NCBI GenBank assembly: GCA_030390025.1 | Contig: CM059432.1 | Location: forward strand, 112,842,001-112,906,000 | DNA length: 64,000 nt | Direction: 5' to 3' | From: Squalus acanthias | Lineage: Eukaryota | In this document: piece by piece, positions 25,301 through 35,658 of the stretch | Layout: every line of letters starts with the position of its first letter | How positions within the stretch are numbered: position 1 is the first letter of the stretch | The notes under the pieces: generated by a model | Seen by the model: only the letters and a program-made list of their open reading frames with translations | Told to the model about the DNA's origin: nothing | Databases searched by the model: none | Made by a program: the position numbers and the translations under genes

Positions 25301-27053
25301 CACACTCAACATCTCACCGCCCGACCCTGTGCTTCACATCACACTCAACATCTCACCGCCCGACCCTGTGCTTCACATCACACTCAACATCTCACCGCCC
25401 GACCCTGTGCTTCACATCACACTCAACATCTCACCTCCTCACCCTGTGCTTCACATCACACTCAACATCTCACCGCCCGACCCTGTGCTTCACATCACAC
25501 TCAACATCTCACCGCCCGACCCTGTGCTTCACATCACACTCAACATCTCACCGCCCGACCCTGTGCTTCACATCACACTCAACATCTCTCCTCCCCGACC
25601 CTGTGCTTCACATCACACTCAACATCTCACAATCCCGACCCTGTGCTTCACATCACACTCAACATCTCACCGCCCGACCCTGTGCTTCACATCACACTCA
25701 ACATCTCACCGCCCGACCCTGTGCTTCACATCACACTCAACATCTCACCTCCTCACCCTGTGCTTCACATCACACTCAACATCTCACCGCCCGACCCTGT
25801 GCTTCACATCACACTCAACATCTCACCTCCCCGACCCTGTGCTTCACATCACACTCAACATCTCACCTCCTCACCCTGTGCTTCACATCACACTCAACAT
25901 CTCTCCTCCCCGACCCTGTGCTTCACATCACACTCAACATCTCTCCTCCCCGACCCTGTGCTTCACATCACACTCAACATCTCACAATCCCGACCCTGTG
26001 CTTCACATCACACTCAACATCTCACCGCCCGACCCTGTGCTTCACATCACACTCAACATCTCACCTCACCCTGTGCTTCACATCACACTCAACATCTCAC
26101 CTCCTCACCCTGTGCTTCACATCACACTCAACATCTCACCGCCCGACCCTGTGCTTCACATCACACTCAACATCTCACCTCCTCACCCTGTGCTTCACAT
26201 CACACTCAACATCTCACCTCCCCGACCCTGTGCTTCACATCACACTCAACATCTCACCTCCTCACCCTGTGCTTCACATCACACTCAACATCTCTCCTCA
26301 CCCTGTGCTTCACATCACACTCAACATCTCACAATCCCGACCCTGTGCTTCACATCACACTCAACATTTCACCTCCTCACCCTGTGCTTCACATCACACT
26401 CAACATCTCACCGCCCGACCCTGTGCTTCACATCACACTCAACATCTCACCGCCCGACCCTGTGCTTCACATCACACTCAACATCTCACCGCCCGACCCT
26501 GTGCTTCACATCACACTCAACATCTCACCTCCTCACCCTGTGCTTCACATCACACTCAACATCTCACCGCCCGACCCTGTGCTTCACATCACACTCAACA
26601 TCTCTCCTCCCCGACCCTGTGCTTCACATCACACTCAACATCTCACCGCCCGACCCTGTGCTTCACATCACACTCAACATCTCACCGCCCGACCCTGTGC
26701 TTCACATCACACTCAACATCTCTCCTCCCCGACCCTGTGCTTCACATCACACTCAACATCTCACCGCCCGACCCTGTGCTTCACATCACACTCAACATCT
26801 CACCGCCCGACCCTGTGCTTCACATCACACTCAACATCTCACCTCCTCACCCTGTGCTTCACATCACACTCAACATCTCACCGCCCGACCCTGTGCTTCA
26901 CATCACACTCAACATCTCTCCTCCTCACCCTGTGCTTCACATCACACTCAACATCTCACCGCCCGACCCTGTGCTTCACATCACACTCAACATCTCACCT
27001 CCTTCACCCTGTGCTTCACATCACACTCAACATCTCTCCTCCCTGATCCTGTT
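22337..27053. repeat. 4.7-kb minisatellite, about 120 units of 39/40 bp (rarely 36)
   Basis: Near-invariant CCCTGTGCTTCACATCACACTCAACATCTC followed by a variable 6-10 nt segment (ACCGCCCGA, ACCTCCTCA, TCCTCCTCA, ACAATCCCGA, TCCTCCCCGA and others). Confidence 0.98.
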
Positions 27054-28072
27054 CTCTACTTCCTGTCTCACCAGATGATATCCAGCCGAGGGTTGTTAAG
27101 GAGATGGGACAGGTGCTATGTGAGCTACATTGCCCATATCTTTAATAGCTCGCTGGATTAGGGGGTCTGTTCCCAACACGGCTTCTGGAAAAGAAGGTTG
27201 TGTCTTACCAATTTGATTGAATAATATGCAGAAGTCACCAGGATAGTATATAGGGTAACTCAGTAGACATTATATACCTGGACTTTCAGAAAGCTTTTAA
27301 TAAGGTATCGCATAAGAGGCTTCTCTGCAAGATAGAATCTTGTGGAATTAGTGGTAATCTGCTGTGGTGGATTGAGAATTGGCTGAATGCCCGTAGGCAT
27401 AAATTAGTTATCAATGGATTTGGATGTGCTTGGAGACCAGTGTGTGCTGCTGGGATTGGCGTAGGACCATTGCTATTTAATATTTTCATTAATGATTTGG
27501 ATGTCGGTGTTGAGGGAATGATCCGCAAGTTTGCAGACGACACCAAGTTATGTGTGAAGTTAGGACTGTAGAGGATGCACAACTACTACAAGCAGATCTA
27601 GATGTAAGAATAAGAAAGAACATAAGAATGAGGAGCTGTTTGATATTTGCAACAAAATCATAAGGTTCTAAGGTGTAATAACAGGACAATTCACTATAAA
27701 ACAAAGCATACCATTTTGTCTTTGTAGAAGACCTTGGCTAGGCCTCAGTTAGAATATTGTGACCCGTTTTTGTCTCCTTACATGGTGGGGAATATTGAGG
27801 CTTTGGAAAGAGTGCAGAGGAGGGCCACAAGGTTAATACCTTTGTTATCTATGTAGGCTCAACGAGGTGGGTCACTGCTTTAGAGAAGAGTAGACTTAGG
27901 GTGATTTGATCGAGGTTTATCAAATAATGATGGGACTAGATTGTGTTTACGTAGACCAATTATTTCAAGTGAACAGGTTAGGGAGGACCAAGAGTCACGT
28001 TTACAAGTTATGTAAGGGCAGAACTAGGTTGGATGTTGTGCGGTTCTTCTTTTGCCAGAGAATAGTGGACCT

Positions 28073-29667
28073 TCCACCCTACTAGCCTCCACATTCAACA
28101 GATTATCCTCCGCCATTTCCGCCACCTCCAGCGTGATCCCACCACCAAACACATCTTCGCCTCCCCTCCCCTTTCAGCATTCCGAAGGGACTGCTTCCCT
28201 CTGCGACACCCTTGTCCACTCCTCAATCACTCTCAACAGACCCCCTCCCTTTCCACGGCACCTTCCTGTATAAGCGCAGGAAATGCAACACCTGCCATTT
28301 TACCTCCTCCCTTCCCACTGTCCAGGGCCCCAAACACTCCTTCCAGGTGAAACAGTGATTTACTTGTACTTCTTGCAATTTAGTATACTGTATTCGCTGC
28401 TCACGATGCGGTCTCCTCTACATTGGAGAGACCAAACGCAGATTGTATGATCGCTTTGCGGAACACCTCCGTTCAGTCCGCAAACGTGACCCTGAGCTTC
28501 TGGTCGCCTGTCACTTTAATTCTCCGCTCCACTCCCACCCTGACCTCTCTATCCTTGGCCTCCTACACTGTTCCAATGAAGCTCAACGTAAGCTCGAGGA
28601 ACAGCACCTCATCTTTCGATTAGGCACTTTACAGCCTTCTGGACTCAAAATCGAGTTCAACAATTTCAGATCATAACCTCTGCCCCAATTTTTTCAGACA
28701 GCACCTGTTGGTAATGATTGTTCTTTTGCCATTTACAACTCTGATAGACCCATCTTTTGTTTCTTTTTTTTTATTCGTTTATTGGATCAGGGCGTTGCTG
28801 GCAATGCCAGCATTTATTGCCCATCCCTAGTTGCCCTTGAGAAGGTGGTGGTGAGCCGCCTTCTTGAACCGCTGCAGTCCATGTGGTGATGGTACTCCCA
28901 CAGTGCTGTTAGGTAGGGAGTTCCAGGATTTTGACCCAGCGACGATGAAGGATCGGCGATATACTTCTAAGTCAGGATGGTGTGTGACTTGGAGGGCAAC
29001 TTGGAGGTGGTGGTGTTCCCATGAGTCTGCTGCCCTTGTCCTTCTAGGTGGAAGAGGTCGCGGGTTTGGGAGGTGCTGCCGAAGAAGCCTTGGCGAGTTG
29101 CTGCAGTGCATCTTGTAGATGGTACACACTGCAGCCACGGTGCACTGGCGGTGGAGGGAGTGAATGTTTAAGGTGGTGGATGGGGTGCCAATCAAGCGGG
29201 CTGCTTTGTCCTGAGTGGTGTTGAACTTCTTGAGTGTTGTTGGAGCTGCACTCATCCAGGCAAGTGGAGAGTATTCCATCACACTCCTTACTTGTGCCTT
29301 GTAGATGGTGGAAAGGCTTTGGGGAGTCAGGAGGTGAGACACTCGCCGCAGAATACCCAGCCTCTGACCTGCTCTTGTTGCCACAGTATTTATGTGGCTG
29401 GTCCAGTTAAGTTTCTGGTTAATGTTGACCCCCAGGATGTTGATAGTGGGGGATTCGGCGATGGTAATGCCATTGAATGTCCCATTACCATCTCCTTTTG
29501 CCTCGCACCATCATCACTTTTGTCATTTAATCTCTCCTGCCTTCCAGCCTATCACAGATCTTCCCTTTTGTTCTTTCCTCCCCTCCCCACTTTCCCTGCC
29601 TCTGTACTTGCTCAAAACCTGTTACATCTCTAACTTTTTCCAGTTCTGATGAAGTGTCATCGACCTG
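28073..29667 (+). mobile_element. Penelope-like retroelement, 5'-truncated: GIY-YIG endonuclease region and 3' terminus, interrupted at ~28765-29480
   Basis: FHPTSLHIQQIILRHFRHLQRDPTTKHIF...LVYCIRCSRCGLLYIGETKRRLYDRFAEHLRSV...HFNSP...EQHLIFRLGTLQPSGLKIEFNNF*, with internal stops. It ends in a truncated CTGATGA hammerhead motif at ~29646. Confidence 0.92.
28765..29480 (-). mobile_element. 5'-truncated copy of the EN-RT LINE family, inserted in the Penelope element
   Basis: ORF 28827-29384 (RAGQRLGILRRVSHLLTPQSLSTIYKAQVRSVMEYSPLAW...) is near-identical to 30300-30950. Confidence 0.92.
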
Positions 29668-30239
29668 TATCTGCTTTGTATCTAGTATGTTGCCTCTCCC
29701 AGGAGATTATATGGCTCCGGGTGGGATGAGAGTGTATGTATTATGATGCATAAGGCATTAAAACTGTGTTGGACAGACTGGATGGGCCAGTAAGTCTTCT
29801 CCTGTTTGTCAATTTTGTATGACCATAACATATGCACTCCTCAGCTCCAGTTCTAAGTATACTGTGACAAGTCGCCCTGTCACTGTGGTCAAATATTTTA
29901 GATTACCATACTGAGGTAATATATGAAATGTATTTCCAGTTTGGACTAAAATTGAAGGGAAATGCTTCTGGGGCTTCCAGCTTTCATTTTTGTACATTTG
30001 AAGTTCAAGATGTAAACATAGAGCGTAAGAAGTGCAATAAACTTTCAGTGAGAATTTAGAATTTGGTAATTTCTTTGAGTTTATGCTGATCAATCATTTG
30101 GCTTTTAATTCTTTTGACTTAATATTGATTACCATCCATGGAGGTGAACACACTGCGCACCAGATCTTCAGGCTACCCTTGAGCAATGCCAAGGGAGAGC
30201 TGCTGGCATGATACTGTAATATTTCATTGTAGGCTGTGA

Positions 30240-33200
30240 TTTATTTTTTCTTCATTTATGGGATGTGGGTGTCGCTAGCAAGGCCAGCATTTATTGCCCA
30301 TCCCTAATTGCCCTTGAGAAGGTGGTGGTGAGCCGCCTTCTCGAACCGCTGCAGTCCGTGTGGTGAAGGTACTCCCACAGCGCTGTTAGGTAGGGAGTTC
30401 CAGGATTTTGACCCAGCGACGATGAAGGATCGGCGATATACTTCTAAGTCAGGATGGTGTGTGACTTGGAGGGGAACTTGGAGGTGGTGGTGTTCCCATG
30501 CGCCTGCTGCCCTTGTCCTTCTAGGTGGAAGAGGTGGCGGGTTTGGGAGGTGCTGCCGAAGAAGCATTGGCGAGTTGCTGCAGTGTATCTTGTAGATGGT
30601 ACACAGTGCAGCCACGGTACACTGGTGGTGGAGGGAGTGAATGTTTAAGGTGGTGGATTGGGTGCCAATCAAGCGGGCTGCTTTGTCCTGGATGGTGTCG
30701 AGCTTCTTGAGTGTTGTTGGAGCTACACTCATCCAGGCAAGTGGAGATTATTCCATCACACTCCTTACTTGTGCCTTGTAGATGGTGGAAAGGCTTTGGG
30801 GAGTCAGGAGGTGAGACACTCGCCACAGAATACCTAGCCTCTGACCTGCTCTTGTTGCCACTGTATTTATGTAGCTGGTCCAGTTAAGTTTCTGGTCAAT
30901 GGTGACTCCCAGGATGTTGATGGTGGGGGATTCGGCAATGGTAATGCCATTGAATGTCAACGGGAGGTAGTTAGAATCTCGCTTGTTGGAGATAGTCATT
31001 GCCTGGCACTTCTGTGGCGCGAATGTTACCTGCCACTTATCAGCCCAAGCCTGAACGTCGTCCAGGTCTTGTTGCATGCGGGCATGGAATGCTTCATTAT
31101 CTGTTTCATGGACTGAACACTATGCAGTCATCAGCGAACATCCCCATTTCTGACCTTATGATGGAGGGAAGGTCATTGATGAAGCAGCTGAAGATGGTTG
31201 GGCCTAGGACACTGCCCTGATGAACTCCTGCAGCGATGTCCTGGGACTGTGATGATTGACCATCAACCACCACAACCATCTTCCTTTGTACTAGGCCTGA
31301 CTCCAGCCAGTGGAGTGTTTTTCCCCCTGATTCCCATTGACTTCAGTTTTACTAGGGCTCCTTGATGCCACACACAGTCAAATGCTGCCTTAATGTCAAA
31401 GGCAGTCACTCTGGAATTCAGCTCCTTTGTCCATGTTTGGACCAAGGCTGCAATGAGGTCAGGAGCCGAGTGGTCTTGGCGGAACCCAAATTGGGCATCC
31501 GTGAGCAGGTTATTGGTGAGTAAGTGCCGCTTGATAGCACTGTCGATGACGCCTTCCATCACTTTGCTGATGATTGAGAGTAGACTGATGGGGCAGTAAT
31601 TGGCCGGGTTGGATTTGTTCTGCTTTTTGTGGACAGGACATACCTGGGCAGTTTTCCACATTGTCGGATAGATGCCAGTGTTGTAGCTGTACTGGAACAG
31701 CTTGGCTAGAGGCGCGGCTAGTTCTGGAGCACAAGTCTTTAGCACGATAGCCGGGATGTTGTCTGGGCCCATAGCCTTTGCTGTATCCAGTGCGCTCAGC
31801 CGTTTCTTGATATTACGTGGAGTGAATCGAATTGGCTGAAGACTGGCTTCTGTGCTGGTGGGAACCTCAGGAGTAGGTCAATATGGATCATCCACTCGGC
31901 ACTTCTGGTTGCAAACGCTTCAGCCTTGTCTTTTGCACTCACGTGCTGGGCTCCACCATCATTGAGAATGGAGATATTCATGGAGCCTTCTCCTCCTGTT
32001 AGTTGTTTAATGGTCCACCACCATTCACGACTGGATGTGGCAGGACTGCAGAGCTTTGATCTGATCCGTTGATTGTGGGATCGCTTAGCCCTGTCTATAG
32101 CATGCTGCTTACGCTTTTTAGCATGCATGTAGTCCTGTGTTGTAGCTTCCCCAGGTTGACACCTCATTTTTGGGTACACCTGGTGCTGCGCCTGGCATGC
32201 TCTTGTACACTCCTTATTGAACCAGGGTTGGTCCCCTGGCTTGATGGTAATGCTAGGCCATGAGGTTACAGATTGTGGTGGAATTCAATTCTGCTGCTGC
32301 TGATGGCCCACAGCGCCTCATGGTTGCCCAGTTTTGAGCTGCTAGGTCTGTTCTGAGTCTATCCCATTTAGCACGGTGGTAGTGCCACACAACACGATGG
32401 AGGGTGTCCTCAGTGTGAAGACGGGACTTCATCTCCACAATGACTGTGCGGTGGTCACTGCTACCAATACTGTCATGGACAGATGCATCTGCGACAGGTA
32501 GATTGGTGAGGACGAGGTCAAGTAGGTTTTTCCCTCGTGTTGGTTCTCTCACCACCTGTCGCAGGCCCAGACTGGCAGTTATGTCCTTCAGGACTCGGCC
32601 AGCTCAGTCAGTAGTGGTGCTACCGAGCCACTCTTGGTGATGGACATTGAAGTCCCCCACCCAGAGTACATTCTATGCCCTTGCTATTCTCAGTGCTTCT
32701 TCCAAGTGGTGTTCAACATGGAGGAGTACTGATTCATCAGCTGAGGGAGGGTGGTAGGTGGTAATCAGCAGGAGGTTTCCTTGCCTATGCTTGACCTGAA
32801 GCCTTGAGACTTCATGGGGCCAGGAGTCAATGTTGAAGACTCCCAGGGCCACTCTCTCCCGACTGTATACCACTGTGCCACCACCGGTGGGACAGGACAT
32901 ACCAAGGGATGGTGATGGAGGAGTTTGGGACATTGGCTGAAAGGTATGATTCTGTGAGTATGACTATGTCAGGCTGTTGCTTGACTAGTCTGTGGGACAG
33001 CTCTCCCAATTTTGGCACAAGTCCCCAGATGTTGGTGAGGAGGACTTTGCAGGGTCGACTGGGCCGTGTGCCGTGTCTGTAGCCGAGGTCGATCATCCGG
33101 TTTCATTCTTATTGTCGTGTTTCGTAGCGGTTTGTTACAACTGAGTGGCTTGCTAGGCCATTTCAGAGTGCAGTTCAGAGTCAACCACGTTACTGTGGAT

Positions 33201-33434
33201 CTGGAGTCACATATAGGCCAGATTTCCTTCCCGAAAGGAATAAAAACCAGATGGGTTTTTACAACAATTTCATGGTACTATTACTGATAGTAGCTTTTTA
33301 TTCCAGATTTATTTAATTAACTGAATTTAAATTCCCCAGCTGCCGTGGTGGGATTTGAACTCATATCTCATGAATCATTCGTCCAGGCCTCTGGCTTTCT
33401 AGCCCAGTGACATTACCACTACGCTACTGTTCCC
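30240..33434 (-). mobile_element. Near full-length single-ORF non-LTR retrotransposon (APE endonuclease + RT), frameshifted, with a tRNA-like 5' head; clade uncertain (CR1/L2/Jockey group)
   Basis: EN: LLTNIWGLVPKLGEL...PDIVILTESYL and PTRGKNLLDLVLTN...SSDH. RT: GPDNIPAIVLKTCAPELAAPL...PISLLSIISKVME...QFGFRQ and QGSVLGPTIFSCFINDL...MFADD. Head has A box TAGCGTAGTGG (33426-33416) and B box GAGTTCAAATCCC (33362-33350). Confidence 0.93.
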
Positions 33435-33496
33435 TCTATAAGTCTATAGTGAAAGTACGAATATGAAGATCTCATTCTTGAAGCTTTCCACACTGT

Positions 33497-35256
33497 GGGC
33501 TGTATTTTGCCGGCGCTCAGAGTGCGGGTTTGGAGGCGGGTCCGCTGTCAAAATCACAAAGATTGACAGCGGGTCGGTATCCCGCTGTAAACCCGCCTCC
33601 TTGTGAGTTTCCCAAGTGTCGGGTCTGTCATCCCTTGACAGACCCGACACCAAGTGGCAAGTCAGCCAATTTAGATTGTTAAAAGCTTATTAGAAGGTAG
33701 TTAAGAACCATTTTCCCATGTACTTACCATTTTACCAAGTTTTCAACGAGGTTCCCGGAGAGCGGCTATCACGTCAGGTAAGTATGTCAGGTTCTCAATG
33801 ACTGTGGATTGCTGTGAATAGGTGACAGCTGCAAAAGTGGTCTAAAACCTACCATTTCACAGCTAGTCACTTCCCAATCTTAGAAGCTGGAGCATTAATG
33901 ATTTGGAACCCACTTTTGAGCTTTATGCACTTTTGAAGTGTTTGGAGTAATCTCTCTATCCACTGTCACCTCCTTGGAACAACCTATCTCAACATTGACA
34001 GATTACTTCTGTCATGTCAACCTCACCTGCCATCTATTCCATCAGCATCAGTGACCTTGAAAAAATCTCACCTTGGTCCTCAGAATCCCAACACGATCAG
34101 CCCCAACACCAGCATCACCGGGCACACCAGCAGCACCAACATCCCCACCAACCTTCTCCGCAATCAACTGATGCTGCACAGGACAGAGGGCATCTTTACC
34201 CGACCACATTGCTGCCCGGGACGCCACCAATGGCCTCACCATGGCCAGATTTGCTTCACTTAATACTGTACACCCAGGTTGGCACCACCCCACACCAGGC
34301 ACCATACAGTATCCCTACAATGTCCAAGGCATTCCTTTCTCACTCATCACCTTTGGGGCAGGGCGGATGTTATGTCTCACCATTCACTGGAACTCACTAA
34401 CACACTTTTAAAGGTGCACACAAATCTGTCGAAGAGGACAAAGTGGTGACATAAGGATTTCAATGTTTAACAACACATTAACAGAAATTTCACATGAACA
34501 TTGGCTAAAACACACAAGTGCCTACCCTTATGAGTTGTTAGTTCTTATGATTGGACAAGGATGAGGGTGAGTGTGAGGGTTGGCTAGTGAGATGGGGAAG
34601 TGATAATGTAGATAGAGAGGGATGGGTGGAGGTGCAAGGTAAGTTGGTGTGAGTAAGGATGTGCAGGAGTAGGGTAGGGAAGGCAAAGTGATGGGGATGT
34701 GATGAGTGGCACAGCAGGATGAGGCTGAGTGTGGCTTTGCAGTAACGTTTCGTGATCTACTGAGATCATTGAAAGGTTTGCGCCAATGCAGCCTGGTCCT
34801 CCTGACGACATCCCTGCTTGTGTCCTCCTGTGCAATGTGCAATCAGGCTGCGTTGATCTCCTGGGGAGGTCTCTTCCACCCATGGGAAGGGAAGAGGACC
34901 TCCCTGTGTACTGTGACTCCCTCGATAAGCATATGGAGGGAGTCATGGGAGAGCCTGGGTGCACCTTTATGCAGTGTTTGTCAGTGTTTGCAGCACCTCA
35001 ATGCTGTAGAACACTGACAGCAAAACTGAAAATAATTTTGGCATGGCCCCTTTAATGAAACCGGCTGATGACACGTCATCAAATGACGCCGTCAGACTCA
35101 CTTCCTATTAGTTGGCCGGGAACCTCGCAGGGTGAGCTTAAGAAGCCCTATTTACGTAAAATCTTGTTGGAGGCCGGAAGCGAAACAGATGCAAGGTTCC
35201 CACACGCCACAGACGTTGCCCACCCCGGACCTGCCGAGGTTGGAAAAATCCAGTCC
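33497..35256 (-). mobile_element. Second copy (inverted) of the internally deleted Harbinger element
   Basis: TIRs GGGCTGTATTTT / AAAATCCAGTCC; TGT TSD at 33494-33496 and 35257-35259. ORF 34528-34842 (HIAQEDTSRDVVRRTRLHWRKPFNDLSRSR) matches 17936-18340. Confidence 0.85.
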
Positions 35257-35319
35257 TGTCAGTGCACTTGATCCATCGCCCACTGTTTTTAATTGTTGGC
35301 TATTTTCTCAGTGTCATCA

Positions 35320-35658
35320 ACACAAAAGCAAAATACTGCGGATGTTAGAAACCTGAAATAAAAACAGAAAATGCTGGAAATGCTCAGCAGGTCAGGCAGC
35401 ATCTGTGGAGAGAGAAACAGAGTTAACGTTTCAGGTCAATGACCCTTCGTCAGAACTGGAAGATGTTGGAGATTTATCAGTTTTTCAATCAAGGTGAACA
35501 AGGTAAAAGAGACAAACAGAAATCCTGTTGGAGAGAAGAACAGAACTTCTTCAAGGTGGGCATTCCTGGAAGAGAAGTGGCAGTGAATTAAACACTACAG
35601 CAAAAACAAAATACTGCGGATGCTGGAAATCTGAAATAGAAACTGAAAATGCTGCAAG
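35320..35658 (-). mobile_element. Partial-tandem Penelope pLTR insertion with a hammerhead motif
   Basis: Two direct pLTR pieces (35321-35470 and 35599-35655), with a 9-bp TSD GTGTCATCA at 35311-35319 and 35659-35667. Confidence 0.8.
35421..35457 (-). ncRNA. Minimal type I hammerhead ribozyme motif
   Basis: Minus strand reads AGTT CTGACGA AGGGTC att GACCT GAAA CGTT AACT. Confidence 0.7.

Larger units (their letters stand above)
27065..29820 (+). mobile_element. Decayed CR1 LINE hosting nested insertions (RT region 27065-28072; 3' UTR ~29668-29820)
   Basis: Translates VDIIYLDFQKAFNKVSHKRLL...WIENWL, then PLLFNIFINDLDVGVEGMIRKFADDTKL and RPQLEYC. CR1-like 3' end TGGATGGGCCAG...TCTTCTCCTG. Confidence 0.85.

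Noticed and set aside
22337..27053. CRISPR array
   Set aside because: The 'spacers' are only 6-10 nt, recur many times and are variants of one another. There are no cas genes or leader, and the context is vertebrate.
22325..27161. Three overlapping ~1500-aa ORFs
   Set aside because: The repeat unit lacks TAA/TAG/TGA on the + strand, so all frames stay open. The 40-bp units shuffle the same three peptides between frames, which shows no frame constraint.
33350..33434. Functional tRNA gene (also the SINE heads at 1844, 2348 and 45564)
   Set aside because: A and B boxes are present but there is no convincing cloverleaf, and each is fused to a retroelement body.
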